From NCBI GenBank assembly GCA_902464035.1, contig CABQHT010000003.1, positions 236 to 64,235 on the forward strand: 64,000 nucleotides of DNA, written 5' to 3'. Source of the DNA: an uncultured Collinsella sp. (GTDB taxonomy: Bacteria; Actinomycetota; Coriobacteriia; Coriobacteriales; Coriobacteriaceae). The notes beneath the pieces are model-generated. The model ran no database searches. It saw nothing but the letters and a program-made list of their open reading frames with translations, and was not told the origin of the DNA. Position 1 is the stretch's first letter; each line of letters begins with the position of its first letter. The position numbers and the translations under genes were made by a program. This document shows, piece by piece, positions 51,023-58,697 of this stretch.

Positions 51023-53157
51023 GCAGCATCCCCCTCGCCATCGGAGCCGGCGGGATCAATCTGCCGCAGCAGTGCCACAGCGCCCTCGCCGTCGACATGC
51101 TCGACGGCAATCTGCTTAGAGGCCATGCGCTTGCAAATGACGGGCAGGTCGGCCTCGGTGGCCTGACGCATGAGCAGATACAGCGTGTCGCCGACCAGGC
51201 CCGCGGCATCGCTCTCGCGGATCGCCGACCCAATCGCCCCAACCAGCTCGCCGACGGGCTCCATGCCCGGAACCACGCGCAAGAGCAAATAGCTCCCCAT
51301 CTTGCTGTCTGCAAGCGCCTGCTCGGTGGCAAGCTCGCGACCGAAGGCATCCTGCTTAAGCACACGCGTGCCCGCAATGCAGCGCTTGTCCTGCGCCACG
51401 GCCTCGTAATCGAAGGCGCGGCCCAGCGCGCTTTCAACCAGACCGCACAAAATGCGGAACAGGTTTTGGTAATAGAGGGTCATTTGGCTCTCGGCCACGC
51501 GTCGCACAAAGATAAAGATCGCCGGTGCCCCGTCGCGCTCCATCACGTAGGCAAACATGGGCAGCCCCGGCACCAGCTTGCGGTTCACCCACAGGCCCGA
51601 GTGGTCCACGCCCTCCATCATGGCCTTAAGATCGTCGAGCGCCAACGAGCGCAGCGCATCGGAAGAAATTGCCGGGCTCGCGGCGACCAGGCGCGTAAAC
51701 GCCCCACCCGAAACGTGGTAGATCGTCACCGAGTCGTTTTCCAAAATCTCGCCGAGCAACTCGCAGCACTTACGGTAGATATCGCGCGGGTTGAGCACGT
51801 CGAGCTCCTGCGTCACGGCAAAGATCTTGCCAAAGCTGTCGTGGCGACCCACAATCTGCCGCTTGTAGGCCTGTTTATCCTCAATCGCGTCGTGGTAGAG
51901 CCGGCCCAAAAAGTCATTGCGGTTGCGAACGAGCTCGTTCTCGGCGCGCTCGGCCTTGAGCGCCTCGCGGTTGCGCAGCTGCACATAGCCGCATACGGCG
52001 CCCACCACAAAGTAGGCGATGAACGGCAGCCAGTTAGAGGGCTCGTAGAACAGTCCCTGGAAGGTATAGCCATACTGGGTAAAGTAGCTCGCAGCCAGGC
52101 CAATCGAGGCCAGCAGCGCCGCGACCAGGCCAAAATCGAGCCCGTAGAGTGTGCCGATCAGTACCACATACAGCAGGCGGTAGTCGAGCACGTTAAGCTG
52201 TGCCGACTGGGAAAACACCCGCTCCAGGCACTCAAAGAGCACCCAAGCAAGCGCGGTCTCTGCGCATGTGACAGGCAGCGTGTGCTCGCGCATACGGTCG
52301 ATGGCATGGCGCAGCGGGTGGCGCCTGCCCGCGCGGGACTGCTCCCAGTGGGCATGTATGGTCGAAAGATCGGTGAGCACGTCGTAGCGCTGGAACCAGC
52401 CATAGCGCTTGCGGATGGCATCGCTCGGCGCCACGGAAGCTTCCGCGTCGTCGCCATAGGTTACGTCCAGCCCCGGGAACAGGCCCTGCAACGCCTCGCC
52501 CAAGTCGCCCACCGTATGGGAGAAGCAATCCGCAACGTCGAGCTCCTCGAAGGCGGCGTCCCAGCTATCGAAAATGCGGTGCACCAGAGCGGCCAGCTCC
52601 TCGGCGCACAGAGCCTGCAGCGGAGACGCCGCGCTGCCCTTTAACGCGACCGAGCCGCGCGAGCACGTCTGAAACAGCGGCGTCATAAACGGATCTGCCA
52701 ACGCAGGCGACGCGGTATACAGATACGGAACGCACAGAATCTTTGCTTGGATGCCGTCGCGGGCCGCATAGTAGCGGCACAGGTCGTTGGCCGCGCGGGC
52801 AATGATGCCCTTGCCGGTTTGACCCGCGGCATCGACGTCGCCATCCGCCCCTGCCGGCCCCGTCACAAACAGCAGCTGGATCTGGCGGTCCATGCAGGCA
52901 CGAAAGACCGAGCGCAGCAGCTCGATGTCGCCAAAGGTCTCGGTATGCGGCGTGAGGTAGGTAGAGAGATAGACCACGCGATCGAACTCGTAGGCCTGGT
53001 CCAGGTGTTGCAGCAGCTCATTCCAGGACGAGGGAGCCGGCGACCCATCGCGTTGGGCGTCGCTCGCAGCCACAACCTGAACATGGTCCCCCGGGAACGC
53101 CTTGGCGCAAAAATCGTCATCGACATACGAAGTATTGCCAACAACCAGCACTTCCAC
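51019..53157 (-). CDS. PelD-like protein: degenerate SDR/epimerase domain, DUF4118-like TM region, GAF and degenerate GGDEF domain with RxxD site
   Basis: N-terminal Rossmann-like fold, LDYRLLYVVLIG TM region, DSFGKIF, IRESD near the C-terminus. Confidence 0.8.
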   Translation of the reverse strand: MEVLVVGNTSYVDDDFCAKAFPGDHVQVVAASDAQRDGSPAPSSWNELLQHLDQAYEFDRVVYLSTYLTPHTETFGDIELLRSVFRACMDRQIQLLFVTGPAGADGDVDAAGQTGKGIIARAANDLCRYYAARDGIQAKILCVPYLYTASPALADPFMTPLFQTCSRGSVALKGSAASPLQALCAEELAALVHRIFDSWDAAFEELDVADCFSHTVGDLGEALQGLFPGLDVTYGDDAEASVAPSDAIRKRYGWFQRYDVLTDLSTIHAHWEQSRAGRRHPLRHAIDRMREHTLPVTCAETALAWVLFECLERVFSQSAQLNVLDYRLLYVVLIGTLYGLDFGLVAALLASIGLAASYFTQYGYTFQGLFYEPSNWLPFIAYFVVGAVCGYVQLRNREALKAERAENELVRNRNDFLGRLYHDAIEDKQAYKRQIVGRHDSFGKIFAVTQELDVLNPRDIYRKCCELLGEILENDSVTIYHVSGGAFTRLVAASPAISSDALRSLALDDLKAMMEGVDHSGLWVNRKLVPGLPMFAYVMERDGAPAIFIFVRRVAESQMTLYYQNLFRILCGLVESALGRAFDYEAVAQDKRCIAGTRVLKQDAFGRELATEQALADSKMGSYLLLRVVPGMEPVGELVGAIGSAIRESDAAGLVGDTLYLLMRQATEADLPVICKRMASKQIAVEHVDGEGAVALLRQIDPAGSDGEGDAA

Positions 53158-53299
53158 CGTGCGCTCCCCTCCCTTTAGATCTCAATCATGTTAAACATGC
53201 GTATTGTACGCTGCTCGCGCATATGTCCAAAATCTTTAAGGGTGATTTAAGAACATCTTTAGACCGTGCGAGCGCGCCAAAATAGGATAAAAGGCATCA

Positions 53300-53565
53300 A
53301 ATCCGGAAGTATGCGGCAAAATCGGAACAGGTCGACCATGCCGAGTAGCGACAACGCGTCTACCTGCGATTTCTTTGCGCAAAAATGGTGGTGTGCTCGG
53401 GGGTTCCATAATTTGCCGCATACTTCTAACGGTCGATTTCGGAAGTGCGGGGAAAATCGAAAAACGCCGACCAGACCCCTGTTTTGTGCTTCCGCGACCT
53501 GCGGTTTTGTTGCAAAAAATCGAGTTGTGCTCGGAGGTTTTCGATTTTTCCCGCACTTCCGGAAT
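53300..53565 (+). repeat. Double-hairpin repeat copy 1 (unit A plus unit B)
   Basis: Unit A arms GAAGTATGCGGCAAA/TTTGCCGCATACTTC; unit B arms GGAAGTGCGGGGAAAATCG/CGATTTTTCCCGCACTTCC. Confidence 0.9.
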
Positions 53566-53840
53566 TACAGCCTGGATCGAGAGCTCTAGCGACAATGAGG
53601 GCATCCGCGACAACATCCAGTTGTCACGGACGTACCGAAATGTCCATCTAAATAAAACTAGGGGATGCCCTCCGTTGGGAAGGAACCCCCTCGCAAAACT
53701 ATAGCCATCAGTAGGCTTCGTTTTTTATTTATGCAAGCATACCTCAACCGTCGCACGTCTTACAACGAGAGCGGCAACATGCCGTGCATAGTCGATGAGC
53801 GAAATGTCAGCGAGCCGAGTTCAAGTCGGACAAGCACGTG

Positions 53841-53930
53841 TCAGTAAAGTTACATGCGAGCAGAAAACCGTCGGATATTTTGCCCTTTCCTAATTGAGAT
53901 GTAACTTTTGACTGGCCAAAACTTACATCC
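53841..53930 (+). repeat. 90-bp secondary repeat copy 1
   Basis: TCAGTAAAGTTACATGCGAGCAGAAAA...AATTGAGATGTAACTTTTGACTGGCCAAAACTTACATCC; similar to 58267-58356. Confidence 0.85.
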
Positions 53931-54164
53931 GGATCTTCAAGGCTTGCCAGGCATGTTAACCACAAAATACAGAAAGGCGACCATCCAAAAGAACAGCCGC
54001 CTCTCCACAGAACGTAGGCCCGTAGGTTGACTACGTCAATACCGCTAATTAATGCTAGTATCCCATTCAGGTCCCATAGGGTCAATCCAATTCAAGAAAA
54101 CGAACAGACCGGCATGCAGCATCTTCCATGAACCCCACGCCCCAGCAAGCCTGATTGAACTCGA

Positions 54165-54832
54165 CTATCCAACCAGATACGGCACTATCACGTCGAATAT
54201 CTCGCCCACCTTGGTTGCAGGGTTTTGCGCAGACGGCTTGATGTTGCATAGTCCCCTATGGTGCGCGATGAGGCGCCCCGCACGTCGCAGCGCTTCGGCA
54301 CGCTCGCCATCCACTGCTCCGAACAGCCCGTCCAGGTTCTTTCGATACTCGATATTCAGGTCCCTGGACATCGCCTGAGCGAGGGCACGCTGGCACTCCG
54401 CGGCCGTCATGGGAGCAGTCGTATAGCGAAGGTGCAAAAGGAGCCACAATTCAAAGCAGGGGTTCGACCACAGCGCATGAAACGTCCTTGACCCATCGGA
54501 GAGCTCTGCACATTTACGCTCCATCGCATCAAAATCGCATGCAGGGAAGTCGTCCTTATCGAAGACGAGCCACACGTGATCAAATGTCTCAGGCGCATAG
54601 CGACAATGTTCAACGGCGAAGTCGAGCAGGTCAAGCGTATGTTGCCAGTTCCCTTAACGACAACGGCGACCTTTCGTTCGTTTGCCGTGCCCAAAGCGGC
54701 ACGCACGCCCTCAAAGTAGCGAGGCTCAGTCTCTTTACCCTTGGTCACCACGAGGTGGCGTGTCATCTGGACCATGCGCGGGCGCCCCTCGCGCTTGCCG
54801 CTGCGCCAGCCCCTCGACTTTTTTGCCGCCAT
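54165..54832 (-). pseudogene. RloB/AbiLii family Toprim-like protein, frameshifted
   Basis: VVTKGKETEPRYF, WLVFDKD, SNPCFELWLLLH and QNPAT motifs split over two frames; 1-nt loss near 54644. Confidence 0.85.
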
Positions 54833-54833
54833 G

Positions 54834-56051
54834 CTAATCCCACTCCTCGATGCGGGTTAGATACGGGTCGGCCCCGTAGCGGCCGGACAGGTACTGTTTG
54901 TCGAAGGCCGCGTTCTTGCTCACCAGGTTGCCGTTCGCCTCGTGGATGTCGGCAAGCGACCATAGCTGGCTGGCTTCCCCTTCACCGCGCGCGGTAAACC
55001 ATATCTCGTCGCGGCGAAACACGTCGTTTCGCATGGTTGATACGTCCTGGGACGAGAATATGAGCTGCGCGCCGCTCTTGTTGACTTCGGGGTCCTTAAA
55101 CAGCAGAATCACGTAGCGCAGGAGCTTCGGATGCAGTTTGGCGTCGAGCTCGTCGACAATAACGGTGCCACCACACTCGAGCGCTGCCATCAGATACGCA
55201 GCCAACCCAATGAGCTTCTGGGTGCCGGCAGACTCCTCTGACAGACGCAGCTCATAGGGTTTTCCGCCCACCTCGTGCCTGACAAAGACGCGCTGACCGC
55301 GCCACTCCGGTGCCCTCTCCACCCTAAAGCCATCGATACGAACGTCAACAGCAAGCAGGAAACGCGTGACCTCGGGAGAGTCGCCCTCGTCAAGCAATTG
55401 CTCGAGCATCCGCTCCAGGTAGGAACTGTTGTAGTTGAGGAACACAGCGTCGAGAAACCAGCTGGCAGCCTCTTGGACCGCCGGCGTATCGAAGTTGATG
55501 CAAAGGAATGACAGGTACGGCAGGCTCGGGTTGAACTTAGCGGCGGTCACGAGCTTGCGCAACGTAGGGCCAAGCTCGACTTCTGTGCCCTCGCGCTCGA
55601 ACAGCATCGCCGTGCGTGACGCGCCCAATTTACGTCGCCACAACCCTTCGGACACGATCTCGTCGGCGTGAACGGAAAGGGCATAGCGGTATTCATGCTC
55701 ACCTGCGCGGTAGTAGAGCTCGAACTCCGTGGGCTCAGTGGCCGAGACGTCATCGAACTCGAAAGCCGAACAGCGAGCCATCGACGGACGCTCGCCTTCA
55801 GGAGCGCCAGCACGGGCGGACAGCAGCCTAACCGGTCTGGCAACCGCCGAACGCACGTAGTCGAGCGCCTCGAGTAGGTTGGATTTGCCACCAGCGTTAG
55901 GCCCGTACACCGCAGCCACCGGCAGGAAGCTCTGACCGTCAGGCCACTCGACAAGGGAACGCTCAAACTCCCGCATCGGCGTAGCCTGCATGGATAGTTC
56001 CACCTCATCGCGATAAGATCTGTAATTCCTGAAAGTGAACTGGCAAAGCAT
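54834..56051 (-). CDS. AAA_21/ABC-type ATPase (RloA/AbiLi-like)
   Basis: FRNYRSY, GPNAGGKSN, EESAGTQK, VDELDAKLHP, FRRDEIWF, YLSGRYGA; start MLCQF with SD GAGG. Confidence 0.9.
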   Translation of the reverse strand: MLCQFTFRNYRSYRDEVELSMQATPMREFERSLVEWPDGQSFLPVAAVYGPNAGGKSNLLEALDYVRSAVARPVRLLSARAGAPEGERPSMARCSAFEFDDVSATEPTEFELYYRAGEHEYRYALSVHADEIVSEGLWRRKLGASRTAMLFEREGTEVELGPTLRKLVTAAKFNPSLPYLSFLCINFDTPAVQEAASWFLDAVFLNYNSSYLERMLEQLLDEGDSPEVTRFLLAVDVRIDGFRVERAPEWRGQRVFVRHEVGGKPYELRLSEESAGTQKLIGLAAYLMAALECGGTVIVDELDAKLHPKLLRYVILLFKDPEVNKSGAQLIFSSQDVSTMRNDVFRRDEIWFTARGEGEASQLWSLADIHEANGNLVSKNAAFDKQYLSGRYGADPYLTRIEEWD

Positions 56052-56173
56052 CGTCCTCAACATTCCTATCAGTGTTTTGAAAACATATTTCAGAGTTTTT
56101 CTTTGATTATAGACTCTAAATATAGTCAATCAAGAGCTTAAAGCCTCAGATGATATAAGGCGCTAGGCACTGA

Positions 56174-56438
56174 ATTCAGAAGTATGCGGCAAAATCCCGA
56201 CATGCCGACCATACCCAAAAGCGGCAACGCTTTTGCCTGCGGTTTCTTTATTCGAAAACGGTTGTGTGCTCGGGGGTTACGGAATTTGCCACATACTTCC
56301 GTTCAGCGATTCCAGAAGTGCGGGGAAAATCCGAGATCCGCCGACCAGACCCCGGTTTTGCGCTCCTGCGACCTGCGGTTTTGTTGCCAAAAACCAGGTT
56401 GTGCTCGGCGGTTTCCGATTTTCCCCGCACTTCCGGAA
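56174..56438 (+). repeat. Double-hairpin repeat copy 2 (unit A plus unit B)
   Basis: Same arms and core motifs as copy 1, same orientation. Confidence 0.9.
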
Positions 56439-56494
56439 AACAACCGCGACCATGGCATTCCCGCCACCTAAAAGTTCAACAGTCAGCGTATGGC

Positions 56495-56947
56495 TTATTC
56501 ACTTTGAAAGGGCACATCGCAATCTGCCGCCAGTTCGGCAGGAAGGACAGCGGGCAGCGTAAGCGCCCCCATAGGCGAAAGCCCAGTAACAACCATCAAA
56601 TAGCTCTTCGCATGGGCATATGCCATCGAAATGGCATTTGAAAGAAGGTAGTGACGCGCCTCGTCATCGGGAGGGTTCATTGGCATTTGCGCTGAAACCG
56701 AGATGGATACCGTAACGCCAGCGTGCATCTTCTCCTGTGCACCTTCGTCTCTGTCAAGAAGGCTGCCAATTACGCACATCTTTAGACTTGCGCGTGCATC
56801 ATTACCTTTTTTCGAAAGATGGACATCTTGGTAGCTAACGTCAACTTTTAATTCCATGTTATCCGAGGGCGAATCCTCGATATGGAAATCGGAGTCAACG
56901 ACGAACAAATGAACGACTTGAATCGGAGCAATAAAATCCCTACTCAT
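56495..56947 (-). CDS. SecB-like chaperone (TAC system)
   Basis: 150 aa, beta-rich; C-terminal NAISMAYAHAKSYLMVVTGLSPMGALTLP resembles the SecB helix-PPL motif; third gene after toxin and HTH. Confidence 0.7.
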   Translation of the reverse strand: MSRDFIAPIQVVHLFVVDSDFHIEDSPSDNMELKVDVSYQDVHLSKKGNDARASLKMCVIGSLLDRDEGAQEKMHAGVTVSISVSAQMPMNPPDDEARHYLLSNAISMAYAHAKSYLMVVTGLSPMGALTLPAVLPAELAADCDVPFQSE

Positions 56948-57357
56948 GCCGCCAAACCTCCAGGAATCATTTCGAACTTCGCTTGCGAGGACGGACGCTC
57001 GCTGCTAAAAGACCATTGCTTACGCAGGGATTCGCCGGGCAAGAGAAACGGGAGCTCTTTGGAATAGCTAACGGTAACCTTAGGAACGATCCTAATACCC
57101 AAAGCAAGCTCGAACCTAGCGATCGTTTTCAGCGTCATATTGGGCTGAGAATTCAGCAGCTTCGAAAGCGACTGAAGGCTCACGCCCATACGCTTTGCCA
57201 AATCGCTTTTGCTTAAACCCAAATGCTTCATCTCGCGATGAACAATAAACTCGATATCTAGCGCGTGTTCATAAGCGCGTGTTTCGCTAGTTTCTGTCTC
57301 GGCGTAAAAATCAGATAAATCTACTTTATTCATTGTGTTCTCCGTTTCGAAAGCCAA
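56944..57357 (-). CDS. XRE/HigA-like HTH antitoxin with C-terminal extension
   Basis: LSKSDLAKRMGVSLQSLSKLLNSQPNMTLKTIARFELALG HTH followed by a ~45-aa tail. Confidence 0.85.
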   Translation of the reverse strand: MAFETENTMNKVDLSDFYAETETSETRAYEHALDIEFIVHREMKHLGLSKSDLAKRMGVSLQSLSKLLNSQPNMTLKTIARFELALGIRIVPKVTVSYSKELPFLLPGESLRKQWSFSSERPSSQAKFEMIPGGLAA

Positions 57358-57366
57358 GTATAAAAG

Positions 57367-57780
57367 TCAACGCTCAGATTCCAGAAGCTGACATGCTATT
57401 ACGGCTAATCGCTTGGCCCGATCAATTTCCTTACTGATATTTCCCGATCCCCGATGTCCTTTAAACCAAAACAATAGAACAATTTTGTCTACGCCCTGGC
57501 ATATGGCATAAATCATCTCTCGATTTGCCCCGTCAAACCCTTTTAGTTCATAGAGGCCAATCTTAGAATCAATGCATCTTAGCTTTGAGGTCCCACTGGC
57601 AACCTTTAACCCATAATCATAGATTTTTGAAATCTGGACGATCATTTTACGAGCGGCAATTTTACGCTTAGGGTCTGACATCATCTTCTGAAATTGAGAG
57701 TTGTCGGAAGAAGTCGTCAGCTCCCAAAACGGGCGGCCCTTGGGGTCTCTATATTCGTCAAGTTCATATCCTTCTGCCAA
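57367..57780 (-). CDS. RelE/HigB-like (Gp49-type) toxin
   Basis: YELDEYRDPKGR, LYELK, IVLLFWFK, KEIDRAKR pattern; upstream of the HTH gene; TTG start with SD GGAGG. Confidence 0.72.
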   Translation of the reverse strand: MAEGYELDEYRDPKGRPFWELTTSSDNSQFQKMMSDPKRKIAARKMIVQISKIYDYGLKVASGTSKLRCIDSKIGLYELKGFDGANREMIYAICQGVDKIVLLFWFKGHRGSGNISKEIDRAKRLAVIACQLLESER

Positions 57781-57797
57781 AGGCCACCTCCCATTTC

Positions 57798-57831
57798 TAG
57801 TTACACTTAACTTATAAGTTAAGTGTAACTA
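57798..57831. promoter_or_regulatory. Perfect 34-bp palindromic operator upstream of the TAC operon
   Basis: TAGTTACACTTAACTTATAAGTTAAGTGTAACTA is its own reverse complement. Confidence 0.8.
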
Positions 57832-57906
57832 TTTAAATACAAATAACAAGGCATAAACTAGACTCCGCAGCCCCAAATCGAAAAACAATCCAACCAAGTG
57901 GTGCTC

Positions 57907-58093
57907 AATCCGGAAGTATGCGGCAAATTCTAGACATGCCGATCACACTGGATAGCGGCAACGCTTTTACCTGCGGTTTCTTTTCATGAAAAGGACGATG
58001 TGCTCGAGAGTTCCGAAATTTGCCGCATACTTCCGACGGACGATTCCGGAAGTGCGGGGAAAGTCCGAGATCGGTAGACCAGGCCCCTGTTTT
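57907..58093 (+). repeat. Double-hairpin repeat copy 3 (unit A plus truncated unit B)
   Basis: CGGAAGTATGCGGCAAATT/AATTTGCCGCATACTTCCG; unit B similarity ends after GACCAGGCCCCTGTTTT. Confidence 0.88.
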
Positions 58094-58266
58094 AGATATC
58101 CTCGACAAGCCCCTTAAACGCGAAAACCGCCTTTCGGCGGTTCCCGCGGACCAAGCCGGACGTACCGTCGCAAGGCCTCATCACAATTCACACTCTAAGG
58201 AAATGAACAGTCGCGGTCAATCTTCAGCAAAGAATCCGTTGCGAATTAGAGCCAGATAAATGAACA

Positions 58267-58356
58267 TCAGTAAAGTTACATGCGAGCAGAAAATCACACG
58301 CAATTTCATCTTTTCTCAATTGAGATGCAAGTTTTGACAGGCCGAATCTTACATCC
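58267..58356 (+). repeat. 90-bp secondary repeat copy 2
   Basis: TCAGTAAAGTTACATGCGAGCAGAAAA...AATTGAGATGCAAGTTTTGACAGGCCGAATCTTACATCC. Confidence 0.85.
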
Positions 58357-58544
58357 AAACAAAAAAGAGGGCCGACGCATCAACCCTCTTCAGGTGTCGC
58401 CCGAAGGCTTCCACCGCAATTGGTTTAATTCTAATCGATATCAATTGTTTGTCCACGATCGCGCCAACCAGAAGAAACCGCTCATACTCGACCATTCCAT
58501 TGCGGAAATGGCGCTTAGCCAGCACGTCACACATTGCATGCATG

Positions 58545-58583
58545 AAAAAAGGGCAACACTCTCTTGTGGAAAGCGTCGCCCTT
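58545..58583 (-). terminator. Rho-independent terminator downstream of the Abi gene
   Basis: Minus strand AAGGGCGACGCT...AGTGTTGCCCTTTTTT. Confidence 0.75.
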
Positions 58584-58697
58584 AAAGCTCCCTAAGAACT
58601 TTTGTATTGCAGGACACATGCTACACCATCTCAATGAGATGGTGTAGCATGTGTCCTCGACCACCACAAAAACATCATCTCATATGATACATGAGGC
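58545..58697 (-). ncRNA. Candidate structured RNA downstream of the AbiF-like gene
   Basis: Perfect 23-bp-arm palindrome at 58611-58657, small hairpin at 58584-58603, then the terminator. Confidence 0.4.

Noticed and set aside
53236..53704. Short ORFs overlapping repeat copies (also 56184-56641 and 57905-58259)
   Set aside because: They arise from the non-coding palindromic repeats, with no consistent start, SD or frame across copies
53566..54164. Possible small genes or remnants between repeat copy 1 and rloB (also 58357-58544)
   Set aside because: No recognisable protein motif or convincing start; BLASTX would be needed
53300..58356. CRISPR array or classical integron interpretation of the repeats
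   Set aside because: Units are ~125 bp and separated by kilobase gene blocks; there are no cas or intI genes and no attC RYYYAAC/GTTRRRY ends
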